Part shown: positions 7,675-15,880 of the stretch, piece by piece | Layout: every line of letters starts with the position of its first letter | Position numbering within the stretch: the stretch's first letter is position 1 | Virus record (IMG/VR): IMGVR_UViG_3300010358_000006 | Span: 1 to 40,330 of that record | Length of the DNA: 40,330 nt | Origin: a virus | Lineage: Duplodnaviria; Caudoviricetes | Strand: one strand, 5' to 3' | Notes under the pieces: generated by a model | What the model was told of the DNA's origin: nothing | The model's database searches: none | Seen by the model: the letters and a program-made list of their open reading frames with translations, nothing else | Position numbers and translations under genes: made by a program

Positions 7675-8178
7675 TCAAAACCACGGCTCGTCGTCGTCGT
7701 CGGTGGTGGTGGCGGGAGCGCCGTGGTCTTTGAGCCATCCGCGTGCGAGCTCGAGCATGCGCTGGTCGACGGTGACGCCGGCGGGTTCGAGCTCGCCGTT
7801 CGACGTGCGCGGGGTTGGGGGTTTTGGTTCGGGCGCGCTAGCGTCGGGTTGGGGTCCTTTGTTATCTCCTAAAGTCTTAGCTAGCGGCGCGCTAGCACTC
7901 CACTCGACGAAACCCGCATCAACTAACGGTTTCGTCGATTGATAGACGTTCCTTAGCCCCGTGATAGCCCTGATACGTTTGCCGTCTAATCGGTATCGCG
8001 CGCGCGCATATTCGAGCCATAGGGTCACTAATAGCCCCCTTTGGGAGAGTGGCAATTCGAGCCACTCGGGTCTTGAGTTGAGCTCGGTGTAGACCTTGAT
8101 CCACGGGGGCGTGCGGTCGCCGTAGTGCTGGAACCGGTGCCACGAGGGGATGACGAGCCACCGTTCGTCGTCGCTCAT
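7675..8178 (-). CDS. Putative replication initiator / replisome organizer
   Basis: W..FQHY.DRTPPWIKVY..L..EWLEL motif typical of phage Rep N-termini; lies between the recT-like gene and rusA. Confidence 0.6.
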   Translation of the reverse strand: MSDDERWLVIPSWHRFQHYGDRTPPWIKVYTELNSRPEWLELPLSQRGLLVTLWLEYARARYRLDGKRIRAITGLRNVYQSTKPLVDAGFVEWSASAPLAKTLGDNKGPQPDASAPEPKPPTPRTSNGELEPAGVTVDQRMLELARGWLKDHGAPATTTDDDDEPWF

Positions 8179-8391
8179 TTACGCTGCCCTCCTAAGGTCG
8201 ATGAGTCGCTCGAGTACCTGCTCGACGTGCTCGCCGATGGCGGCCGGCACCCAATGCTCGGTGGTGGGTTCGCGCACCTGCCGGCAGTAGTGCGGGTCTA
8301 AGGCGGGGAGGTCGCGGTGCGCGCGGCAGGCGAGCCGTGCGTGGCGGGCGAGCCGGGCGCCGCAGTACACGCACCTCGTGGTCGTGCGCAC
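8179..8391 (-). CDS. Small Zn-finger protein
   Basis: CVYCG..CRAH; abuts both neighbours. Confidence 0.65.
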   Translation of the reverse strand: MRTTTRCVYCGARLARHARLACRAHRDLPALDPHYCRQVREPTTEHWVPAAIGEHVEQVLERLIDLRRAA

Positions 8392-9462
8392 CTAGTAGCC
8401 CTCGGGGAATTCGCCGTACTCGAGCGGCTGCTGCCTGTCGGGTTCGTCGGCGGGCGGGTCGGGGTGCTCGGTTTGCGCCGGTTCGTCGGGGGTCGCGTCG
8501 AGGCGCGCGGCGAGCTCGTCGACGACGGCTTGCTCGTTCGCCGGCAGCGCCGCGTCAGGCTCGGCCTTGAGCGCCTCGATGATCCGCGACACGTCGAGCG
8601 CGGTGAGCTCTTTCGACGTCGCGACCGGCCTGCCGACGGTTTGTTCGGCGTAGGCGTGCATGGCGGCGCGGTCGGTTATGCCTTTCTCGTTCATGAGCGC
8701 GAACATGAGGTTGAGTTGCGCTTGGTTAGGCATGTCGGGCGCCGCGGGCGTGTCGGGTTGTCCGGGTTCGGGGGTAGGGTCATCCGCCGCCGGCGGCGGC
8801 TCGGGTGTAGGGGGTGCCGAGCTCGGGCCGCTACTGCCGGCGGTGACCGCCGTGCGCTTACGCCGCCGTGACGCCGGCGGCTTGGCCGCCTTGGGCGCCT
8901 CGACCGGCTCGAGCTCGAGCTCGGCGTCGACGTCGTCGACCTCCTCGGTGGCGGCGATCCCGCCGATAACGTCGGCGAAGATCGCGCGCGCGAGCTCCGC
9001 ACTGGCGCGAGCGAGGAGCATGGCGCGCGGGTATGCCTGCCACGCCGGCCGACCGGCGATCTTCGCGCGTTTCGCGTCGTCCAAGGTCCATGTGACGCGG
9101 CTCAACGCGTCGCTGTCGCGGCGCCTGCCGGCGATGGTGCACCGGGTGTTGGTTGATTCCTCGACGACGAGCTCGTGCCCGGCGCCGAGGATGAGGGCGC
9201 GTTGCGCCTCGGCTGCCATCGAGGGGCGCCCGTCGAGGACGTGAATTTTCGCGAGCGACTGCATGGGTCCGAGTCCGACCTCGGCGCCGTAGAGCAGTGC
9301 GGCGGTGATCGCGGCGGGGTTGTTGCGTAGCGCCTTGGGCACGAAATCGGTGCCGCCGATGCGTTGCGCGATTTCGGCGGGGTCGAGGAGCCATTCGGCG
9401 TTGAACATCGACGAGCGTGACCGCGCCGGCGTGTTGGTGCGGTCGTATTGCACGAGTGTCAT
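8392..9462 (-). CDS. RecT-like single-strand annealing protein
   Basis: ATG 9462; FVPKALRNNP..G.EVGLGPMQSL..IHVLDGRP..W..YP..ML.ARA; acidic tail. Confidence 0.8.
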   Translation of the reverse strand: MTLVQYDRTNTPARSRSSMFNAEWLLDPAEIAQRIGGTDFVPKALRNNPAAITAALLYGAEVGLGPMQSLAKIHVLDGRPSMAAEAQRALILGAGHELVVEESTNTRCTIAGRRRDSDALSRVTWTLDDAKRAKIAGRPAWQAYPRAMLLARASAELARAIFADVIGGIAATEEVDDVDAELELEPVEAPKAAKPPASRRRKRTAVTAGSSGPSSAPPTPEPPPAADDPTPEPGQPDTPAAPDMPNQAQLNLMFALMNEKGITDRAAMHAYAEQTVGRPVATSKELTALDVSRIIEALKAEPDAALPANEQAVVDELAARLDATPDEPAQTEHPDPPADEPDRQQPLEYGEFPEGY

Positions 9463-9683
9463 GCGGCCTCCTCGTCTTTCAGTTGGGCGATGTTGGTGTC
9501 GTAGGTCTTGAGCCGCTCGGCGAGCGATGGGTCGTGGGGCGCGCGGTCGGCGAAGTAGCGGGCCGGCGGGTCGTACATGAGCCACGTGCCGTCGTCGGGG
9601 CACCGGGTCGCGTCGGGCCGGCAGCGTTTGCCGCAGTGCGGGCAGGTGGGGCGGAACGGGTGGTTAGAACGGATGGTCGGCAT
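9459..9683 (-). CDS. Small Zn-ribbon protein
   Basis: GAAAGGA RBS; CPHCG..CPDDG. Confidence 0.65.
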   Translation of the reverse strand: MPTIRSNHPFRPTCPHCGKRCRPDATRCPDDGTWLMYDPPARYFADRAPHDPSLAERLKTYDTNIAQLKDEEAA

Positions 9684-10470
9684 GCGTCCTTTCGGGAGGG
9701 AGGAGGGCGTCACCGATGACCTCGTCGCGGTCGGCGCCGATGTAGCGCGCGACGTCGAGCACGGCGAGGAACGTGTCGAACGCGTCCTCGCCTGCCTCGA
9801 CGGGGTGGAGGTCGTACCCGTCGGCGCGCAGCCACACGATGCCGGTTGCCTCAATCGGGGGGAACGCGTCGGCCAATGGCACCTCGGTGCCGTCCGGCTC
9901 GACGACGTACTCGGCGAACCGTGCCGCCGCGAGTTGCAACGCGTTTTCGGGCCACACGCCTGACGCGGTTGTTTTCCAGTCGAGGAGCCACACTTGCCCG
10001 TCGACGAGCTCGGCGAGCAGGTCGGGGGTGCCGGCGTACCCGTGCGTGCGCGAGTAGACGGGGCGTTCGACGGCGAGCTCGCGCGGCTGCCAGTCGGCGA
10101 CGAATTTGAGGTACGCGTCGACGTGGCCGATGTACTCGTCGGGTATCTCGAGGTCGGCGCCCTCGCCGAACGGTGGTGGTGCCATCCGGTGCGCGTACTT
10201 GTGGATGACGGTGCCGCGGGTTTTGCCGGCGCCCCAAACCTCGTGTCGCGCTGCGAGCACGCGGTCGAACCGTTCGGATGGTTCGAGCTCTTGGAGCTCG
10301 TCCCAGCGGTTGAGCACGTAGCGCGCGGATTCTTTCGCGGCGGCGTCGACCAATGCGGGTTTCGGGTAGCCCTTGTTGAGCACCCCGGTTATCGACATGG
10401 GCACCCTGAGGTCGTCGATGTAGTAGGTGTGGCCGCTGCGTCGTGAGCGCGGCTTGCCGTTGCTGCTCAT
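9664..10470 (-). CDS. PD-(D/E)XK exonuclease (RecE/Cas4-like)
   Basis: ATG 10470; SIT.VL..KPAL, RGT.IH, YAGTPD..LDWKT..LQL.A. Confidence 0.85.
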   Translation of the reverse strand: MSSNGKPRSRRSGHTYYIDDLRVPMSITGVLNKGYPKPALVDAAAKESARYVLNRWDELQELEPSERFDRVLAARHEVWGAGKTRGTVIHKYAHRMAPPPFGEGADLEIPDEYIGHVDAYLKFVADWQPRELAVERPVYSRTHGYAGTPDLLAELVDGQVWLLDWKTTASGVWPENALQLAAARFAEYVVEPDGTEVPLADAFPPIEATGIVWLRADGYDLHPVEAGEDAFDTFLAVLDVARYIGADRDEVIGDALLPPERTHADHPF

Positions 10471-10733
10471 CCGGGTCCTTTCGGTTTCATGGGGACGCCG
10501 ACGCGTTCGAGCTCGCCGAGGGCGACGAGTACGTCGTATTCGTCGGCGTCGAGGTGGTCGCAGAGGTAGGCGACGACGCGGGCGGGGCGGGCGTAGGTGC
10601 GGGTGTCGAGGGTGAGCGGCACGCCGGGCGGTGGCGGCGTGGGTGGGTCGCCGTAGGCGGTGCACACGATTTGGTAGGCGAGCGTTGACACCTTGGGGCC
10701 GCCTTTGGCGAGCCACACGGGCAGCCGCCTCAT
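10467..10733 (-). CDS. Small winged-helix-like protein, paralog of 6202..6408
   Basis: ATG 10733; shared motifs with the paralog. Confidence 0.7.
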   Translation of the reverse strand: MRRLPVWLAKGGPKVSTLAYQIVCTAYGDPPTPPPPGVPLTLDTRTYARPARVVAYLCDHLDADEYDVLVALGELERVGVPMKPKGPG

Positions 10734-10740
10734 GACGCAC

Positions 10741-11220
10741 CTACGGTTGGCAGGTCCATTCGCGCCATCCGCCGTCGCGGACAACTGTTTGCGCGGCGCT
10801 CAACGCGTTCGCGACCGGGTCGAACGGCGACATGCCATACGGCGACCAACCGAGTTGAAACAGCCCTTGGTAGCGGCCGTTGGTGGCGTAGGGGTCGAAC
10901 CGCGACTCGCACCACGCGACCGCGTAAAGCTGCGAGTACGGCACCCCGGTCGCCGAGCTCGCGAGGGTGAGCGCGTAGGTGACGGTCGGCTGCCAGTGTC
11001 GGCGCAGGTGCGCACGCTCGTGTTGCAACTGCCGGGTGCGGCGCCGGTAGCGGGCGGCCCACTGTTTCGCGGTGCGGCCCTGATAGGTGGTGACGAACAC
11101 GAGTCTCGAGACGAACGTCGGTGTTCTCGCCGGCGTCGGGTCGAGTGGTCTTGTGGCGCCACCCGTGGGCAGCGTGATCGCGGCGAGCGCCGCCGCGGCG
11201 ATGAGTAGGCGGGAGCGGAT
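10741..11220 (-). CDS. Secreted lytic transglycosylase (SLT/Rpf-like), probable ATC start
   Basis: Signal peptide; VAWCES..A.NG.Y.GLFQ..FDPVANA..W.EW.C; AAGGAGG lies 5 nt before ATC 11220. Confidence 0.75.
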   Translation of the reverse strand: MRSRLLIAAAALAAITLPTGGATRPLDPTPARTPTFVSRLVFVTTYQGRTAKQWAARYRRRTRQLQHERAHLRRHWQPTVTYALTLASSATGVPYSQLYAVAWCESRFDPYATNGRYQGLFQLGWSPYGMSPFDPVANALSAAQTVVRDGGWREWTCQP

Positions 11221-11247
11221 GACGTCCTCCTTGCTCGGTGACGGGGC

Positions 11248-11370
11248 ACCCGCGCGGCGAGGCCTCGAGCGCGTCAACGCCGAGTCTCGAGGCTGCCGAT
11301 ACTCCACCGGCGACGGGGGAGGGACACGGGCATCGCCGGCTTAGGTCGGGCCGGGCTCGCCGCGCGGGGT
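11248..11370 (-). ncRNA. Candidate structured RNA (three-way junction) in the transglycosylase leader
   Basis: 13-bp closing stem CCCGCGCGGCGAG/CTCGCCGCGCGGG encloses two hairpins (GCCGGCGA/TCGCCGGT and GCCTCGAG/CTCGAGGC). Confidence 0.45.
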
Positions 11371-13068
11371 TCATGCCACCGCCTCGGGTTCTGGCGGTAG
11401 CAGACTCAAGAGCGAGAGTTGCTGCAGGCGTTTCGCCGTCAGTGCCGCGTAGATGGGGTTGAGCTCGATGCCGACGCAATTGAGCTCGAGCTCGCGCGCC
11501 ACGAGCGCGGTCGTGCCCGAGCCGATGAACGGGTCGAGCACCACGCCGCGGCGCCATTGGTTGTGTCCGCAGTCGGTCCACCCGATGGTGCGCGAGTCGG
11601 CGTCGTAGAACCCGGCGCGGCGTGGGCGGACCTCGCCGGCTGCGAGGGTGGGGGTGATGGTGGGGGTTGCGGGGGTGCGCTCGACGATGCGTTCACGTGG
11701 CCGGCCGCAGACTCGGCACACGTAGCGAGGGCAGCCGGCGCGCAGGCAGCGGCGCACGAGCTCGGGCGGGTACGTGGCGAAATGCGCCTCCGCGTACGGC
11801 GCCGTCGGGATCGTCCACACGGTGCGCACGTTCCGCGTCGCCGACGGGTTGCCGTTCCGCGAGTCGATGCCGGCGTCGAGCCGCTTGTCGATTGACGCGC
11901 GGTCGGTCGGTCCTTGCCCGTCGACTGCCTTGCGGCTGCGCAGCAAACCGAGGTCGGTGCCCTCGACCGCCGGCTCGGCGACCGCGTCCTGGTCGAACGT
12001 GTAGCGGCCGCGCTTGGTGAGCATGAACACGTACTCGTGCGCCTTGGTCGGGCGGTCGGTCACCGACTCGGGCATCGGGTTCGGCTTGCTCCAAATGACG
12101 TCGGCACGGAGGTACCACCCGGCGGCTTGGAGCGCGAGGGCAAGCCGCGCGGGAATGAGCGCATCGTCCTTAGCCTTGAGCGCGAGCGCGACCGGCCGTG
12201 GCTCGCGCGGTGTCACCTCGGGTTCGTCGCGCTGATTGCACGCCGACACGGACCGCTTGAGCGCCTCGCGATAGGCGATAGCGTCGTCGGACAATGGCCT
12301 TACGCGGTGGCCACGCCGAGCGGCGATATCGTCGAGCAACATGATTCCGAGCGCCGCCTGCCGCCGTTTCGTGACGAGAAACGGATAGAGCGCGCGGAGT
12401 AACTCGCTCGTTTGCCGACCGCGGACCGACCAATCCCAGACGCCGCGGTTCTGTTGGTGGCAAGAGCCGAGCCCGGTAATCGCATGTGCGCGCTCAACCG
12501 CCTCGCGCGTCATCATCCCCACGCTCAGGTCCAGTTGGAACGCATCGCAGGTGCCGGCGGCGCGTCGCTGCCGATGTATCTGAATGCACCCCTCGCCGTC
12601 GATGAGCCCGGCGAGCCAAGCGGCATCGGTCGGCGCGAGCGGGTAGCCGTCCTCGCTTATGTAGGTCGAGCCGATGTTGAGCCACACGGTGCCGTGCGGC
12701 GCCAAGACCCGCCGTATCTCGGCGAACACCTCGACCATCCGCTCGACGTACCGGTCGGGCGAGGCCTCGAGCCCTAGCTGCCGGTCCACCCGCACCGCGC
12801 CGCACCGTGTGCAGGTGTCGCGTTGCGGGGTCGCGCCCGTGAACGAACGGGTCGAGCGCTGCCCGCTTTCGCCTTGCGCGCCGTTCGATGGTGCGTGCTC
12901 GCAGAACCCGTCGCCGCCCTCCCACTCGCCGGTGCCGTAGTCACGCAAACCCCAATACGGCGGCGACGTGACGACGCAATCGACGGACTCGTCGCGGAGC
13001 TCGGCGAGCATGTCGAGCACCTCGCCGGTGTAGAGCACGAAATCGGTGCCGATCACCTGCCGGCTCAC
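11371..13068 (-). CDS. Beta-class N4-C/N6-A DNA methyltransferase with an in-frame LAGLIDADG domain
   Basis: GTG 13068; TSPPYW (motif IV), W.KPNPMPESV.DRPT, HFATYP, DPFIGSGTT (motif I); the insert contains AWLAGLIDGEG. Confidence 0.9.
   Translation of the reverse strand: MSRQVIGTDFVLYTGEVLDMLAELRDESVDCVVTSPPYWGLRDYGTGEWEGGDGFCEHAPSNGAQGESGQRSTRSFTGATPQRDTCTRCGAVRVDRQLGLEASPDRYVERMVEVFAEIRRVLAPHGTVWLNIGSTYISEDGYPLAPTDAAWLAGLIDGEGCIQIHRQRRAAGTCDAFQLDLSVGMMTREAVERAHAITGLGSCHQQNRGVWDWSVRGRQTSELLRALYPFLVTKRRQAALGIMLLDDIAARRGHRVRPLSDDAIAYREALKRSVSACNQRDEPEVTPREPRPVALALKAKDDALIPARLALALQAAGWYLRADVIWSKPNPMPESVTDRPTKAHEYVFMLTKRGRYTFDQDAVAEPAVEGTDLGLLRSRKAVDGQGPTDRASIDKRLDAGIDSRNGNPSATRNVRTVWTIPTAPYAEAHFATYPPELVRRCLRAGCPRYVCRVCGRPRERIVERTPATPTITPTLAAGEVRPRRAGFYDADSRTIGWTDCGHNQWRRGVVLDPFIGSGTTALVARELELNCVGIELNPIYAALTAKRLQQLSLLSLLPPEPEAVA
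12180..12665 (-). mobile_element. LAGLIDADG homing-endonuclease-like domain inserted in the methyltransferase (boundaries approximate)
   Basis: WLAGLIDGEGCI..L.V.M..WSV.G..LL..LYPFLVTKRRQA; no intein splice motifs. Confidence 0.75.
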
Positions 13069-13139
13069 CGGCGCCTCACCGCGGTCGCGAGCAGGAGCAC
13101 GGCGCACACGGCGAGCGCGACATACATGCCGGTCGTCAC
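13065..13139 (-). CDS. 24-aa hydrophobic micropeptide (MTTGMYVALAVCAVLLLATAVRRR)
   Basis: GTGA overlaps at both ends fill the gap exactly. Confidence 0.55.
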   Translation of the reverse strand: MTTGMYVALAVCAVLLLATAVRRR

Positions 13140-13318
13140 CTGACCACCCGTACGTGCGCGTACAGGGCTCGCTCGAGCTCGTCACGGGCGCGGCGGCGCG
13201 CCTCGAGCCGGTTGCGGCGGCGGCGGCGGTCGCGTACACGCCAGCGGAGCCACACGACGCCGTAGGCGAGCACGAGCGCGGCGCCGGCGACGAGCAGCCC
13301 GAGCACCACCGCGGTCAC
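13136..13318 (-). CDS. Small membrane protein
   Basis: GTGA overlap; N-terminal TM followed by an Arg-rich tail. Confidence 0.65.
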   Translation of the reverse strand: MTAVVLGLLVAGAALVLAYGVVWLRWRVRDRRRRRNRLEARRRARDELERALYAHVRVVR

Positions 13319-13659
13319 TGCAGGACCCACACAATCGCGGGGGTGCCGGTGTCGGTTGGTCGCCGGCGAGCGCTCGCGATGATCGGCCAGCCGTCGGCGA
13401 TGAGCTCCTCGCGGCGTGTTCCCGGCACATGGGGCCGGGCGCCGATTCCCCAGTGCGCCCAGAGCTCGTAATCGGTCGCGCCGAGCTCGCCGACTTTGCG
13501 GAGCACGTCGAGCACGCGGGCGCGTTGCGAGCCGGAGCGCGGCGCGACAAGCGCTGCCGCGGTCCGCTCGGTGTCGTGGCCGTCGCGGTGGAATCGTCCG
13601 GGGCGGGGCTCGTTCGGGTCCGGCATGAACGAGAGTTGCCGGTCGTGGTCGATGCTCAT
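13315..13659 (-). CDS. Winged-helix DNA-binding protein
   Basis: ATG 13659; QRARVLDVL..GATDYEL..TRREEL..G..RRPT.TG..A.VW. Confidence 0.7.
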   Translation of the reverse strand: MSIDHDRQLSFMPDPNEPRPGRFHRDGHDTERTAAALVAPRSGSQRARVLDVLRKVGELGATDYELWAHWGIGARPHVPGTRREELIADGWPIIASARRRPTDTGTPAIVWVLQ

Positions 13660-13917
13660 CGGGGACCACGCGGGGACCACGGGGCACCAAAACGGGGGTT
13701 GCGCCACCGTGCGCCACCGTGCGCCACGACGCGCCACGTAGACGTGAAAAGAGCCGCATTTGCGGCTCTTTTGGCATCCCGTGGCGCCTCATGGCGCCCT
13801 ATGGCGCAGGAGGGTGGTAAGTCGACGGGTACCATACCGCTCTTAGGCTCTAACCCGCATGACCACTGCGTTTGCGCCGGTTCCCCCTGTTTCGCGGGGA
13901 CCACGCGGGGACCACGG
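13660..13917. other. Putative attP region
   Basis: Intergenic and downstream of the integrase; 23-bp direct repeat CGGGGACCACGCGGGGACCACGG at 13660 and 13895; 10-bp-phased GCGCCA(C) arrays at 13701-13740 and, inverted, at 13781-13810. Confidence 0.7.
13747..13772. terminator. Bidirectional rho-independent terminator
   Basis: AAAAGAGCCGCA-TT-TGCGGCTCTTTT perfect inverted repeat. Confidence 0.8.
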
Positions 13918-13918
13918 C

Positions 13919-14155
13919 TCATGTCGTACCCTTTCCGGACGAGCCGGTGCCGCCTCGGGATCTAGTGGACCCGCGGCGCGCCGGCTCTATTACGCGGGGT
14001 TGCGTCACGCGCTCGAGCGCGATGCCATGCGCGAGCGCGGCACGCTCAATCGCCTCGACGACGACGGCGGCGCTCGAGTCGACGACGAGCTCGACGTCGA
14101 GCCCGGCGCGCCCGGCGATCCCGCGGATACGCCACACGGTGCGCAGGTCGCTCAC
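13919..14155 (-). CDS. Hypothetical protein
   Basis: GTG 14155 directly after the upstream stop, with a GAGGAG RBS. Confidence 0.55.
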   Translation of the reverse strand: MSDLRTVWRIRGIAGRAGLDVELVVDSSAAVVVEAIERAALAHGIALERVTQPRVIEPARRGSTRSRGGTGSSGKGTT

Positions 14156-14156
14156 G

Positions 14157-14372
14157 TCAGCAAGACTCCTCGTCGCCGGTGCGTTCGTCGGCGACGATTG
14201 ACCCGTTGGCACGCACAATCAGGTAGGCGCGAGTGGATTGGTGCTTGTAATAGAAGCACTCGGAGTCGGCCTCCATGAACATCCAACCGTCGCAGTCCGC
14301 GCGGTTGAGCGCACGGTGTAGCGGTTCCCAATTCACGTGATCGCTGGCCGGGTAGTAACGCGGGTCGCTCAC
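14157..14372 (-). CDS. Hypothetical protein
   Basis: GTGA overlap; WEPL..WMFM..YKH..TR.YL motif. Confidence 0.7.
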   Translation of the reverse strand: MSDPRYYPASDHVNWEPLHRALNRADCDGWMFMEADSECFYYKHQSTRAYLIVRANGSIVADERTGDEESC

Positions 14373-14566
14373 CTGCACCCCTTGCGCGGTTCGATCCACG
14401 GGTGCGTTCGCCGGTGCTCGCGTTCGTGCTCAATCTTGTCGGCGCACTGGTCGCAGATACCTTCGGCCACCCGTGCAATGGCGAGCGCGATCATGCCGCG
14501 CCCGCCATCGACGGTGACCACGCGGCCGACGGTGCCGCAGTGGTAGCAGTAGCCCGGCAGCCTCAT
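14369..14566 (-). CDS. Small Zn-binding protein
   Basis: ATGA overlap with int; CYHC..CDQC. Confidence 0.7.
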   Translation of the reverse strand: MRLPGYCYHCGTVGRVVTVDGGRGMIALAIARVAEGICDQCADKIEHEREHRRTHPWIEPRKGCR

Positions 14567-15867
14567 GACGCCGCCCCTAGCGCCGCACGGAGCCCCAGGG
14601 GCGCCGCGTCGGCGAGGGCGCGACCAACGCGTCGGGTGCGGTCACCTTGGTCGTACACGGCGTCTATGAGCTCGCCGCGGTCGTGGTGCCCGATGCGTGC
14701 CGCGGCGACGTCGCGGTCGATGCCGAGGTCACGCATGAACGTCACCGCGGTCGCGCGCAGGTCGTGGGTGGTGATGGTGCGCCTGCCGTCGTCGTTTCGC
14801 CGGCGCCCGTCCGGGGGCGCCTCGAGCGGGTCGACGTACCACTCGAACGGCGTTGGGTCCGTCGGTCCGAGCCCGTTGTCGGCACGCCAATCGTCGGCGG
14901 CGGCGCTGACGCCGGGCTGCCACACGAGCCGGTCGTATTGCGTGTGCCGCCACGGCACCGGCCCTTGCTTGGTGCGCCTGACGGTGCCGGTGGGGTAGAC
15001 CTGAACGCCGGCGGTCATGAACACGCGCGGCGCGCCGGGCATCGTCGTCGGGCAGCCGCTCGTCGGCGAGCTCGTCACGGCGTGCAGCCCGCCGAGTTGC
15101 TCGCGCGCCAAGGCGACCTCTTCGGGGGTGAGCGGTATGCGCTTGTCGCGGCGCTCTTTGCAGTTGGTGCGCGGCACAAACATGGTGGGCGTGTCTGCGT
15201 CGAGCTCGAGGTGCGCGGGTTCGGCGCCGAACAGTTCGTCGATCCTGTTGCCGACGGTCGCTTGAAAGAGCACGAGCCGCCGGCCGATGGCGGGCACCCG
15301 CGGCACGAGGTAGTCGAGCTCGAACGGGGTGAGCGCGACACGTTCGCGCGCCTCGACGATGATGGGCGGGATGCGCATGATCGCGAGGTCGAACGTGTGG
15401 CCGCGGTCGGCGGCGTAGTTCAACGTCGCGAGCAGCCCTTGCCGTATCTTGCGCGCCTTATCGGGCGTGCGTGTCGCGACGGTAAGTAGGTGGTCCTCGA
15501 GCGGCGCGCGCCGCAGGAGCGATAGCGGGGTGTCGGCGAACGGTCCCTCGAGCCACGGCTCGAGTAGCCGTTCCCAATGCGCCTCGCCGCCGCGGGTGAG
15601 TTTGCGTCGGGTGCCGGTGACGCGTTTGCGTGTCATGAGCGCGCCGGCTGCGTCCTTGAGTGGCGGGTCGCCGGCGACGTCGGTGGGTGGCAAGCCGAGC
15701 TCCAAGCGCTCGTCGAGCTCGAGCGCGCGCCGGTTCGCCTGCGCGAGCGTGTCGAAATATTCGCTGACGCGCCCGTACGGCGCGGGGAACACCTTGCGGA
15801 CCCGTGGGCGGCGGCCGGGTTGGACGTCGACGCCGGCGAGCCGGACGGGGTCGGTGCTAGTGGACAC
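14563..15867 (-). CDS. int: Tyrosine integrase
   Basis: AGGAGG RBS before GTG 15867; catalytic GNRIDE, HDLR, IGH and VY. Confidence 0.9.
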   Translation of the reverse strand: MSTSTDPVRLAGVDVQPGRRPRVRKVFPAPYGRVSEYFDTLAQANRRALELDERLELGLPPTDVAGDPPLKDAAGALMTRKRVTGTRRKLTRGGEAHWERLLEPWLEGPFADTPLSLLRRAPLEDHLLTVATRTPDKARKIRQGLLATLNYAADRGHTFDLAIMRIPPIIVEARERVALTPFELDYLVPRVPAIGRRLVLFQATVGNRIDELFGAEPAHLELDADTPTMFVPRTNCKERRDKRIPLTPEEVALAREQLGGLHAVTSSPTSGCPTTMPGAPRVFMTAGVQVYPTGTVRRTKQGPVPWRHTQYDRLVWQPGVSAAADDWRADNGLGPTDPTPFEWYVDPLEAPPDGRRRNDDGRRTITTHDLRATAVTFMRDLGIDRDVAAARIGHHDRGELIDAVYDQGDRTRRVGRALADAAPLGLRAALGAAS

Positions 15868-15880
15868 CTGAAACCTCCTG

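Noticed and set aside
10730-11374. ORF starting at ATG 11374, overlapping the methyltransferase stop
   Set aside because: It runs out of frame through the transglycosylase gene with low-complexity sequence; the region is better explained as a structured leader.
12180-12665. Canonical intein or group I intron in the methyltransferase
   Set aside because: No intein terminal motifs (C/S start block, HN followed by C/S/T) and no non-coding room for an intron core; kept instead as an intein-less insert.
13800-13880. tRNA gene or tRNA 3' fragment (minus strand ..CCCTCCTGCGCCA)
   Set aside because: No GTTCRA T-loop and no cloverleaf; CGCCA is part of the local repeat motif.
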